Shown here: positions 41,792 to 51,002 of the stretch, one piece after another
Layout of the letters: each line of letters opens with the position of its first letter
How positions within the stretch are numbered: position 1 is the first letter of the stretch
Assembly: GCA_030680415.1 (NCBI GenBank)
Contig: JAUXVE010000066.1
Coordinates: 30,899-94,898, forward strand
Source: Rubrivivax sp.
Lineage (GTDB): Bacteria > Pseudomonadota > Gammaproteobacteria > Burkholderiales > Burkholderiaceae_C
DNA length: 64,000 nucleotides
Direction of reading: 5' to 3'
Notes under the pieces: generated by a model
Database searches by the model: none
The model's input: only the letters and a program-made list of their open reading frames with translations
What the model was told of the DNA's origin: nothing
Made by a program: the position numbers and the translations under genes

Positions 41792-43335
41792 ACCTCGCAA
41801 CCAGAGCGCTGCCTTGCACCTGGCCGACGGTGGTCGAGATGCTCGCGGCTGCGGCGGCCGACGCACCGGCCAGCGAGGCGCTGGTCTGTGGCGAGCGCCG
41901 CATCGACTACGCCACCTACCTCGCCTGCGTTGCCGGCTTCGCGCGCGAGCTGGAGCCTCTGGGCGCGCGGGGCGGCCGCGTCGCCACGCTGGTCGGCAAC
42001 TCGATCGAGGCCTGTGTGGCCGCGTTCGCCGCCCTGGCCGCTGGCGCCCAGCAGGTGCCGCTGAACCCGCTGTACACCGAGCATGAACTCGGGCCGATCC
42101 TCGAGGACGCCGCACCGATCGTGCTGGTGGTCGACGAGGCGGCGGCGCGCATGGCCGAACCGGTCGCCCGGCGCGCCGGCGTCCGGCACGTGATCGTGGT
42201 TGGCGACCACACCCGGCGGCTCGACACCTGGCGCGCCGGCGAGGCCGGGTTGCCGCCCCTGCCCGACGCGCAGTCACTGGCCCTGCTGCAGTACACCGGT
42301 GGCACCACCGGCCGCGCCAAGGGCGTGGATCTGAGCCACCAGGCGATTGCGATCAACGTCGCGCAGCGCGAGGCCTTGCTGCCCAGCCACCGTGGCGACC
42401 GCATCCTGTGCATGATGCCGCTGTCGCACGCTTACGGCATGGCCATGGGCCTGTTCCTCGCTGCCTATTGCGGCGGCGTGCTGGTGATCCTGCCGCGCTA
42501 CCAGCCCGACGAGGTGCTCGCGGTGGTGCCGCGCGAGCGCATCGGCGTGTTTCCGGGCAGCCCGACGGTGTTCGTCGGGCTGATGGCGCACCCTGATTTC
42601 GGCCGCACCGATTGGCGCAGCGTGCACACCTGCTACTCGGGCGCGTCGGCGCTCGCGTCGGCCACGCTCGAACGCTGGCGCGAGGCCGTCGGCGCCCCCG
42701 TCTACGAGGGCTACGGCCTGACGGAGGCCGGGCCGGTGCTGTCGTTCAACCCCGCCGGCCGCCCGGCCAGGCCGGGCTCGGTGGGCGTGGCGGTGCCGTT
42801 GACCGAGATCGAGATCGTCGATGTCGAGAGCGGGCTCGCGGTGTTGCAAGCCGGGCAGCGCGGCGAGATCCGCGCCCGCGGCCCGCAATGCATGCGCGGT
42901 TACCGCAACCGCCCCGACGAGACCGCGCTGGCGCTGCGCGACGGCTGGCTCTACACCGGAGACATCGGCGAATTCGACGCCGATGGCTATCTGTACATCC
43001 GCGACCGCAAGAAGGACATGGTCATCGTCGGCGGCTACAACGTCTACCCGCGCGAAGTCGAAGACCTGCTGTTCAGCCACCCCGATGTGGCGGACGCGGC
43101 GGTGGTCGGCGTGCCCGACGCCTATCGCGGCGAGGTGCTCGTCGCCTTTGTCGTGCTGCGTGCCGGCGCGCTGGCCGATGTCGATGCGCTGCAGGCGCAT
43201 TGCCGCGCCAAGCTCGCCAGGTACAAGGTGCCGACGCGCCTGCGAATTGCCGATGCTTTGCCCAAAACCTTGGTCAACAAGACCGACAAGAGCGCGTTGC
43301 GGCGCGCGGCCGCGGCCGACGCCGAAGCCGATTGA
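41788..43335 (+). CDS. Second acyl-CoA ligase (AMP-binding)
   Basis: [37 protein letters not shown]. Confidence 0.88.
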   Translation: MNLATRALPCTWPTVVEMLAAAAADAPASEALVCGERRIDYATYLACVAGFARELEPLGARGGRVATLVGNSIEACVAAFAALAAGAQQVPLNPLYTEHELGPILEDAAPIVLVVDEAAARMAEPVARRAGVRHVIVVGDHTRRLDTWRAGEAGLPPLPDAQSLALLQYTGGTTGRAKGVDLSHQAIAINVAQREALLPSHRGDRILCMMPLSHAYGMAMGLFLAAYCGGVLVILPRYQPDEVLAVVPRERIGVFPGSPTVFVGLMAHPDFGRTDWRSVHTCYSGASALASATLERWREAVGAPVYEGYGLTEAGPVLSFNPAGRPARPGSVGVAVPLTEIEIVDVESGLAVLQAGQRGEIRARGPQCMRGYRNRPDETALALRDGWLYTGDIGEFDADGYLYIRDRKKDMVIVGGYNVYPREVEDLLFSHPDVADAAVVGVPDAYRGEVLVAFVVLRAGALADVDALQAHCRAKLARYKVPTRLRIADALPKTLVNKTDKSALRRAAAADAEAD

Positions 43336-43351
43336 ATCCCGGGAGCCAGCC

Positions 43352-45370
43352 TTGACCTCGACCCGCTTCGCCAATCCCCTGCTGCAGCCCGCGACACGGC
43401 CGCAGCCGCGTCACATCGGCGTCATCGGCGCGGGCACGATCGGCCCCGACATCGCCTACTACCTGAAGGGCGCGCTGCCGGGGCTGAAGCTGACGCTGGT
43501 CGACATCCGCCAGGCGGCAATCGATGCCGCACTGGCGCGGTTGCGCGAGTACACCGACAAGGCCTTGGCGCGCGGCAAGCTCACCGCCGCGGCCGCTCGA
43601 GAGCTGCCGCAGGGCCTGCACGGCAGCACCGACTACGGCACGCTGGCCGACTGCGACTGGGTGCTCGAGGCAGCGACCGAGGACCTGGCGCTCAAACGCC
43701 GCATCTTTGCCGAGGTCGAAGCGCGCGTTGCCAGCGACGCGGTGATCACCTCCAACACCAGCTCGTTGCCGGCGGCGCGCATCTTCGCCGCCCTGCGCCA
43801 CCCCGAGCGCGCGACCGTGACGCACTTTTTCGCGCCCGCCTGGCGCAACCCGGCGGTGGAAGTCATCGACTGGCCGCGCGCCGACCCCGCGCTCGTCGCC
43901 TGGTTGCGGCGCTTGTTCTGCGCCACCGGCAAGCTGCCGCTGGTGACGGCCGACGCGCCCTGCTTCATGCTCGACCGCGTGTTCGACAACTGGTGCAACG
44001 AGGCCGCCCTGCTGCTCGGCGACGCCACCGCGGCCGCGATCGACAGCGTCGCCGGCGAGTTCGTGCACGCCGGGCCGTTCTTCGTGCTCAACCTGGCGCA
44101 CGGCAACCCGATCATCATCGAGACCAACACGCTGCAAGCCGACGAGGAAGGCGAGCACTACCGGCCGGCCGCCATCTTCCGCTCGGTCGAGCGCTGGCTC
44201 ACCGGCGCCCCCAACCGGCCCGCCGAAGTGCCGGCCCCGACGCGGGCACGCATCCGTGACCGTCTGCTCGGCGTGCTGCTGTCGCAAACGGTGGACATCC
44301 TGGACCGCGGCATCGGCGGCGCGGCCGACCTCGACCTGGGCTGCCGCACGGCGCTCGGCTTCAAGCAGGGGCCGATCGAGCTGATGCGCGGGCTGGGCGA
44401 GGCCGAGGTCGCCCGTCTGCTCGAACGATTCGGACATGATCGGCCCGGCATGCCGGTGGCGCAGCGTGCCCTGGCCACCTACCTGCCGGCCGAGCGCCAC
44501 GTGCTGGTCGACCGCATCGACGACGTGCTCGTGATCACGCTGCGCCGGCCCGAGGCGCTGAACGCGTTGCACGACGAGATGACCGACGAGATCCTCGCGC
44601 TGCTGCGCCGGCACGAGGACGACGCGGCCGTCGCCGGTTTCGTCATCGTCGGCTACGGCACCAAGGCCTTCTGTGCCGGCGGCGACATCGGCCGCTTTCC
44701 GTCGCTGCTGGGCAACGCCGAGGCGGCGGCGCAATATGCGCGCGACTGCTCGCGGCTGCTGGTGCATCTGGACCGCAGCACCAAGCCGGTGGTCGCCGCG
44801 CTGAACGGCATGGCGCTCGGCGGTGGCCTGGAGCTGGCGATGCGCTGCCACGCCCTGGTGGCGCAGCGCAGCGCGTGGCTGCAAATGCCCGAAGTCACAC
44901 TCGGCATCCTGCCGGCCATCGGTGCGATGGTGGTGCCATTCCGCCGCTGGCCGGCGGCGGCCGCGGTCTTCTACGGCATGCTGACACGCGCCGAACGCGT
45001 CGACGCCGCCCAGGCCCATGGTCTGGGCATCGTCGACGAATTGGCCGAGGACTTCGATGCGCTGATCCGCCAGGCCGTGGCACGCGTGCACGCGCTGCAG
45101 GGGCGCGTGGGGCGCATCCCCGATGGCGCACAGACGCTGCCGCCCTTCGAGCCCGGTGAGGCGCGCACGGCCGAGGGTCGCGCACTCAGTCCGACCGTGG
45201 TGGGATTGATCGCCGGCGCGGTGCGCGACGCGGCGTCGTCGCCGACGCTGGAGCAGGCGCTCGAGATCGGCTATCGCGCGTTCGGCGTCGTCGCCTGCAC
45301 CGCCGCGGCGCATGAAGGCATAGCCGCCTTTCTGGCCAAGCGAGACGCCGACTTCAGCGCCACGGGGTAA
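43352..45370 (+). CDS. iaaP: 3-hydroxyacyl-CoA dehydrogenase / enoyl-CoA hydratase fusion (IaaP-like)
   Basis: GAGTIG, EAATEDLALK, TSNTSSL, HFFAP; then RPEALNAL, FCAGGDI, GGGLELA; GGGAG before TTG 43352. Confidence 0.72.
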   Translation: MTSTRFANPLLQPATRPQPRHIGVIGAGTIGPDIAYYLKGALPGLKLTLVDIRQAAIDAALARLREYTDKALARGKLTAAAARELPQGLHGSTDYGTLADCDWVLEAATEDLALKRRIFAEVEARVASDAVITSNTSSLPAARIFAALRHPERATVTHFFAPAWRNPAVEVIDWPRADPALVAWLRRLFCATGKLPLVTADAPCFMLDRVFDNWCNEAALLLGDATAAAIDSVAGEFVHAGPFFVLNLAHGNPIIIETNTLQADEEGEHYRPAAIFRSVERWLTGAPNRPAEVPAPTRARIRDRLLGVLLSQTVDILDRGIGGAADLDLGCRTALGFKQGPIELMRGLGEAEVARLLERFGHDRPGMPVAQRALATYLPAERHVLVDRIDDVLVITLRRPEALNALHDEMTDEILALLRRHEDDAAVAGFVIVGYGTKAFCAGGDIGRFPSLLGNAEAAAQYARDCSRLLVHLDRSTKPVVAALNGMALGGGLELAMRCHALVAQRSAWLQMPEVTLGILPAIGAMVVPFRRWPAAAAVFYGMLTRAERVDAAQAHGLGIVDELAEDFDALIRQAVARVHALQGRVGRIPDGAQTLPPFEPGEARTAEGRALSPTVVGLIAGAVRDAASSPTLEQALEIGYRAFGVVACTAAAHEGIAAFLAKRDADFSATG

Positions 45371-45420
45371 CGACCATGACGCGCTGCCGCCGCCTGAAAC
45401 CGCAGCTGCCGCCGTGGTGG

Positions 45421-46230
45421 TCAGCGCGCCGCGTCGATGAACGCCAGCACGGCAGCGGCGAACTCCTCGGGCAGTTGATCCGGCAGCGGCACCATGCCGT
45501 GCGGGATGTCGTGCCGGGTGGCCTGGGGCAACTGTGCGCACAGCGCTTGGGCGTGCGGCGATGCGAACGGGTCGGCACCGGCTCGAAGCACCAGCACCGG
45601 CTGCCTGACGCGCGCGATGCGGTCTTCCATGCGATAGCGGGCAACGGCACGGTGACCGTCTTCGGCCCGGCCACCGGCCTTCAAGGCATCGAGCACGAAG
45701 GCCGCCAGCAATTCAGGCCGCTGCTGCGGGTAGAACGGCTGGCGCCGTTGCCACAGCTGCGCCAGGTGGCTGCCATCGGCCTGCGTGGCCACCTCGTCGA
45801 TGGGCGGTCGGGCCGCGCGCTCGCGACGGAATGCCGCGTCCGTGAAGGGGGTCGACGACAGCACGAGGCGATCGACACGCCCGGGGTACGCGGCGGCCAA
45901 CTCGACCGCGATCACGCCGCCGGTGTGGTGCCCAACGACATGGGCGCGCGCGATGCCCAGCGCGTCGAGCAGTTCGACCGCCACCGCTGCCCAGCGCTCG
46001 ATGCTCGGCGGCCAGCGCGGCACGAACGAATCACCGAAGCCTGCGGTGTCCATGGCGATGGCGCGATAGCGCGCGCCGAGGATAGGCAGCACCGCGGCGT
46101 ACTCGGCCCAGCTGCGCGGCGTCTGGTGCAGCAGCAGCACGGCTTGCCCTTGCGGCGGGCCGCATGCGGCGAAGTGAACCTGGCCATCGCGCAGGCCAGC
46201 GAAGGCGCGGTGAACGGTGGGGTCCGGCAT
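45421..46230 (-). CDS. Alpha/beta-fold hydrolase with atypical nucleophile elbow (GHHTGG)
   Basis: LLHQTPRS, DTAGFGDS, VVGHHTGG, GADP. Confidence 0.82.
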   Translation of the reverse strand: MPDPTVHRAFAGLRDGQVHFAACGPPQGQAVLLLHQTPRSWAEYAAVLPILGARYRAIAMDTAGFGDSFVPRWPPSIERWAAVAVELLDALGIARAHVVGHHTGGVIAVELAAAYPGRVDRLVLSSTPFTDAAFRRERAARPPIDEVATQADGSHLAQLWQRRQPFYPQQRPELLAAFVLDALKAGGRAEDGHRAVARYRMEDRIARVRQPVLVLRAGADPFASPHAQALCAQLPQATRHDIPHGMVPLPDQLPEEFAAAVLAFIDAAR

Positions 46231-46301
46231 CCAAGCTCCCTACGCCGCACGGCAGGCAGGCAGCGCCTGCACGGCGCGAACGATAACCCGGTGAGAGCGA
46301 G

Positions 46302-49300
46302 ATGAGTCTGGCCAACGTCGCCCTCGACGACAAGTACGTTCTTGAACGCGGCCGCGTCTTCCTCACCGGCGTGCAGGCGCTGGCGCGGCTGCCGATGCTG
46401 CAGCGCCAGCGCGACCGTGCCGCGGGGCTGCACACCGCCGGCTATGTCTCAGGCTACCGCGGCTCGCCGCTGGGTGGTCTGGACACCGCGTTGCACGAGG
46501 CCGAACGCTTTCTGTCCGCACACGACGTGCGCTTTCGGCCCGGCGTCAACGAGGACCTCGCCGCCACCGCGATCTGGGGCACGCAGCAACTGCACCTGCT
46601 GCCGGGCGCCAGGCGTGACGGCATCTTCGCCATGTGGTACGGCAAGGGGCCCGGCGTGGACCGTTGCGGCGACGTCTTCAAGCACGCCAATTACGCCGGC
46701 ACGTCGGCCGCCGGCGGTGTGCTGGTGGTGGCCGGGGACGACCACGCCGCCCGTTCCTCGGCGGTGGCGCATCAGAGCGAGCACATCTTCTCGGCCTGTG
46801 CGATCCCGGTGCTGGCGCCGGCCGGGGTGCAGGACATCCTCGACTTCGGCTTGCACGGCTGGGCCATGTCGCGCTACACCGGCTGCTGGGTGGCGCTCAA
46901 GCTCAGCGCCGACGTCGTCGAGAGTTCGGCCACGGTGGAGATCGACACCACGCGCGTTCGGGTCCACACCCCCGATGACTTCGAACTGCCCGCCGACGGC
47001 CTGCACATCCGCTGGCCCGATCCGGTACTGGCGCAGGAACACCGGATGCAGGCCTACAAGATCTACGCCGCCGCTGCCTACGCGCGCGCCAACGGCCTGG
47101 ATCGGGTGGTCTACGACAGCCCGCGCGCGCGCCTGGGGCTGGTGGCCTGCGGCAAGGCCTGGCTGGACTTGCGCCAGGCCTTGCACGATCTCGGCATCGA
47201 CGCGGCGGCGGCCGCGCGCCTGGGCCTGCGCGTCTACAAGGTCGGCATGCCCTGGCCGCTCGAGGCCGACGGCGCGCGCCGCTTCGCCACCGGGCTCGAA
47301 GAGATCCTGGTCGTCGAGGAGAAACGCCAGATCATCGAGTACCAGCTCAAGGAGATGCTCTACAACTGGCGCGATGACGTGCGCCCGCGTGTCCTGGGCA
47401 AGTTCGACGAGACCGGTGAATGGCCGGCACCGCCGCACCAATGGCTGCTGCCGCCCACCGGCGAGTTGACGCCGGTGCTCGTCGCGCGCGCGGTCGCTGC
47501 GCGTCTGGCGCGTCTGGATGCCGCAGGCCACTGGATCGAGCGTGCCGACGCGCTGGCGGGCCGCACCGCCGCGCCGGCACGCTCGCCACTGCAGCGCACA
47601 CCGTACTTCTGCTCGGGCTGCCCGCACAACCGCTCGACGCTGGTGCCCGCGGGCTCGTGCGCGTTCGGCGGTGTCGGCTGCCACCTGATGGCGGTGACGA
47701 TGGAGCGCAACACGCTGACGATCAGCCAGATGGGCGGTGAAGGCACCACCTGGATCGGCATGGCCGAGCATGCCGGCGCCCCGCATGTGTTTGCCAACAT
47801 GGGCGACGGCACCTACTTCCACTCCGGGCTGCTGGCGATCCGTGCTGCGGTGGCGGCCGGCGTCAACATCACCTACAAGCTGCTCTACAACGACGCCGTC
47901 GCGATGACCGGCGGCCAGCCGGTGGACGGTTCGCTGACCGTGCCGCAGCTCACGCGCCAGATCGACGCCGAGGGTGTCGGGCGCATCGTCGTGCTCGCCG
48001 ATGACCCGGCCAAGTACCCGCCGGCTGCCGACTTCGCCCCTGGCGTCCAGGTCTTGCCGCGCGAACAGCTCGACGCGGTGCAGCGCGAGCTGCGCAGCCT
48101 GCCCGGTGTCACCGTGCTGGTCTACGACCAGGGCTGTGCCACCGCAGCACGGCGCCGGCGCAAGCGCGGCGACTTGCCGGCGCCGACGCGTCATGTCTTC
48201 ATCAACGAGGCCGTGTGCGAAGGCTGCGGCGACTGCAGCGTCAAGTCCAACTGCCTGTCGGTGGTGCCGGTGACCACCGAATTCGGGCCCAAGCGTGCGA
48301 TCGACCTCTACACCTGCAACCTCGACCTGAGCTGCCTCGAGGGCTGCTGCCCGGCCCTGGTCACCGTCGAAGGGGCCGTACCCAGGCGCGCGCAGGGGCT
48401 GCCGGTGGGCGACGAGGCTCTCCCCGAGCCGGTGCTGCCGGCACTCGAGGAACCGTATTCCCTGCTCATCGCCGGTGTCGGCGGCACCGGTGTCGTGACG
48501 CTCGGGGCGCTGCTCGGCATGGCCGCGCACCTGGAGGGCAAGGGGGTCACCGTGCTCGACCAGACCGGGCTGGCGCAAAAGGGCGGCGCGGTGCTGACGC
48601 ATGTGCGCATCGCCGCTGCGCCCGATGCGCTGCACGCGCCGCGCATCGTGCACGCCGACCTGCTGCTGGGCTGCGACCTGCTGGTGGCAGCGGCAGCCGA
48701 TACCCTGCAACGCCTGCGGCGCGACCGCACGCGCGCCGTCGTCAACACGGCGCAGGCCATCACGGGCGCATTCGTTCGCCACCCCGAGCAGACGTTCCCG
48801 GGTGATGCCACGCTGGCACTGCTGCGCGACACGGTGGCTGCCGCCGACGAGATCGATGCGACGCGGCTCGCCTCGCTGCTGGTCGGCCACTCGATCGCGA
48901 CCAACATGTTCATGCTCGGCTATGCCTGGCAACGTGGCTGGGTGCCGGTCGGGCACGCGGCGCTGATGCGCGCGGTCGAGCTCCATGGCGTCGCCGCGGC
49001 CGACAATCGGCACGCCTTTGCCTGGGGCCGGCACGCTGCCGTCGACCCCTCGCGCGTGGCGGGCCAGGCCGCTGCTGCCGAGGCGCTGCCGCCGTCGCGC
49101 CGGCTGTCGCGCGACCTCGACGAGGTCGTCGCGCGCCGGCGTGCCGATCTGGTGGCCTATCAGGGCGAGGCGCTCGCGCGCCACTACGGCGCTCTGGTCG
49201 AGCGTGTGCGCCGCGCCGAACAGCAGGCCGTGCCTGGCAGCGAGCGCTTGGCCCAGGCCGTGGCGCGGCAGGCCCACCGCCTGTTCGCGTACAAGGACGA

Positions 49301-49784
49301 GTACGAGGTCGCTCGCCTGTTCGGCGACCCCGCGTTCGCTGCCACGCTGGCCGCCACCTTCGAAGGCGAGTCCCGGGTTCGGTTCCATCTGGCGCTGCCG
49401 TGGCAACGCGCAGCGGTCGCTGGCGAGCCACGCAAGCAGACCTTCGGGCCCTGGATAGGGCCTGCGATGCGGCTGCTGGCGCATGGCAAGTGGCTGCGCG
49501 GCACGCCATGCGACCCCTTCGGGTGGGGCGCCGAGCGCCGTCTCGAACGTGCGCTGGCCGCCGAGTACGAGACCAGCGTCGAACGCCTGCTGCGCCGGCT
49601 CGACGCCGGACGGCTGGACGCGGCGGTGGCGATCGCCGAACTACCGGCGCGCATCCGTGGCTTCGGCCCGGTCAAGCAAGGCCAGGCACAGGCCGCGCGC
49701 GAGCGTCTGGCCGCGTTGCTGGCGGCCTACGAGGCCGACGCGCCACAGCCGCGGGCGGCCATGGCCGCGGCCCGGCCCGCATGA
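46302..49784 (+). CDS. Fused indolepyruvate:ferredoxin oxidoreductase-family protein (2-oxoacid oxidoreductase)
   Basis: SGYRGSPLG, FCSGCPH, TPP motif GDGTYFHSG...NDAVAMTGGQ, CEGCGDC ferredoxin, GVGGTGV, TGLAQKGG. Confidence 0.88.
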   Translation: MSLANVALDDKYVLERGRVFLTGVQALARLPMLQRQRDRAAGLHTAGYVSGYRGSPLGGLDTALHEAERFLSAHDVRFRPGVNEDLAATAIWGTQQLHLLPGARRDGIFAMWYGKGPGVDRCGDVFKHANYAGTSAAGGVLVVAGDDHAARSSAVAHQSEHIFSACAIPVLAPAGVQDILDFGLHGWAMSRYTGCWVALKLSADVVESSATVEIDTTRVRVHTPDDFELPADGLHIRWPDPVLAQEHRMQAYKIYAAAAYARANGLDRVVYDSPRARLGLVACGKAWLDLRQALHDLGIDAAAAARLGLRVYKVGMPWPLEADGARRFATGLEEILVVEEKRQIIEYQLKEMLYNWRDDVRPRVLGKFDETGEWPAPPHQWLLPPTGELTPVLVARAVAARLARLDAAGHWIERADALAGRTAAPARSPLQRTPYFCSGCPHNRSTLVPAGSCAFGGVGCHLMAVTMERNTLTISQMGGEGTTWIGMAEHAGAPHVFANMGDGTYFHSGLLAIRAAVAAGVNITYKLLYNDAVAMTGGQPVDGSLTVPQLTRQIDAEGVGRIVVLADDPAKYPPAADFAPGVQVLPREQLDAVQRELRSLPGVTVLVYDQGCATAARRRRKRGDLPAPTRHVFINEAVCEGCGDCSVKSNCLSVVPVTTEFGPKRAIDLYTCNLDLSCLEGCCPALVTVEGAVPRRAQGLPVGDEALPEPVLPALEEPYSLLIAGVGGTGVVTLGALLGMAAHLEGKGVTVLDQTGLAQKGGAVLTHVRIAAAPDALHAPRIVHADLLLGCDLLVAAAADTLQRLRRDRTRAVVNTAQAITGAFVRHPEQTFPGDATLALLRDTVAAADEIDATRLASLLVGHSIATNMFMLGYAWQRGWVPVGHAALMRAVELHGVAAADNRHAFAWGRHAAVDPSRVAGQAAAAEALPPSRRLSRDLDEVVARRRADLVAYQGEALARHYGALVERVRRAEQQAVPGSERLAQAVARQAHRLFAYKDEYEVARLFGDPAFAATLAATFEGESRVRFHLALPWQRAAVAGEPRKQTFGPWIGPAMRLLAHGKWLRGTPCDPFGWGAERRLERALAAEYETSVERLLRRLDAGRLDAAVAIAELPARIRGFGPVKQGQAQAARERLAALLAAYEADAPQPRAAMAAARPA

Positions 49785-50965
49785 CGCGCAGCTGGCGGCG
49801 GGCCGCGGCGGCCCCCCTGCTGGCGAGCGGCTTCCGCCCCTTCTACCTGCTGGGTGCGCTGTACGCGCCGCTGCTCGCCGTCGGTGGCATCGGCGCCTTC
49901 CTCGGCATCGTCGACCTCGCCGGGTCGCTCGGGCCCGCGCTGTGGCATGGGCACGAAATGCTGTTCGGCTTCGCCACCGCCATCGTCGTCGGCACCCTGC
50001 TGACGGCCTTGCCGAGCTGGGCCGGCATGCCCGAACTCCGCGGCCCGCCGCTGGCCTGGCTGACTGCGGCCTGGCTGCTCGGGCGCATCGCCTTCTGGGC
50101 CGCACCCTGGCTGCCGCCACTGGCGGTGGCGCTGGCCGACCTGCTGCTGTGGCCGCTGCTGGCCGCCGTTCTGGCGCCGGCACTGTGGCGGGTGCCGAAC
50201 CGGCTGTACCGCTTGCTGTTGCCGATCCTGCTCGCGCTCGTGGCGGCCAACCTGAGCTACCACGCAGCGGTGCTGGCCGGCGACGTGCCGCTCGCGCAGC
50301 GGGCACTGCACGCCGCGGTCTGGACGCTGGTGGTGCTGTTCACGCTCAAGGGCGGTCTGCTGACACCGATCTTCACCGGCAATGCGCTGCGCGAACTCGG
50401 GCGCGGCGAGCAGGCGCGTTTCCTGATGCCGCTGGAGGCGCTGGCCTTGCTGCTGCTGCTTGGGCTGGCGGTGGCCGACCTGGCTGGCGCACCAGCCACC
50501 GCCACCGGGGCGCTGGCCGCTGCCTGCGCGCTGGTGCATGGCGTGCGCGTGGCGCGCTGGCGCGGCTGGCGCGTCGCCGACCAGCCGCTGCTGCCGGCCA
50601 TGCACCTGGGCTTCGCATGGCTGCTGATCGCGCTCATGCTCAAGGCCGCGGCCGACCTCGGCAGCCCGGTACCGCAGGCCGCCTGGCTGCACGCCTTCAC
50701 GGTCGGTGCGCTGGGCATGATGATGCTCGGTCTGATGACACGGGTGTCGCTGCGTCACACCGGGCGCGCGCTCGCGGCGCCGGCGCCGATGCGCGCCGCT
50801 GCGGTCGCGATGTTCATCGCCGCGGCGCTGCGCTTGGCCACCACCGTGCACGGCCTGGGTCCCTGGGCGATGACGCTGGCCGCACTGCTGTGGGCTGCGG
50901 CCTTCGTCGTCTACCTGGTGCGCTTCGGCGCCGTGCTCGTCGCACCCAGCCTGCCGCGCGCCTGA
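49781..50965 (+). CDS. nnrS: NnrS-family membrane protein
   Basis: GFRPFYL, WHGHEMLFGF, HAFTVG, RVSLRHTGR; ATGA overlap with the oxidoreductase. Confidence 0.88.
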   Translation: MTRSWRRAAAAPLLASGFRPFYLLGALYAPLLAVGGIGAFLGIVDLAGSLGPALWHGHEMLFGFATAIVVGTLLTALPSWAGMPELRGPPLAWLTAAWLLGRIAFWAAPWLPPLAVALADLLLWPLLAAVLAPALWRVPNRLYRLLLPILLALVAANLSYHAAVLAGDVPLAQRALHAAVWTLVVLFTLKGGLLTPIFTGNALRELGRGEQARFLMPLEALALLLLLGLAVADLAGAPATATGALAAACALVHGVRVARWRGWRVADQPLLPAMHLGFAWLLIALMLKAAADLGSPVPQAAWLHAFTVGALGMMMLGLMTRVSLRHTGRALAAPAPMRAAAVAMFIAAALRLATTVHGLGPWAMTLAALLWAAAFVVYLVRFGAVLVAPSLPRA

Positions 50966-51002
50966 CCGGCGCCGTCGATCGCCGGCCAGGCCCGACGGCC
51001 TG

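Noticed and set aside
50966-51002. Intrinsic terminator between nnrS and trpB2
   Set aside because: Only a short GC stem with no U-tract on either strand.
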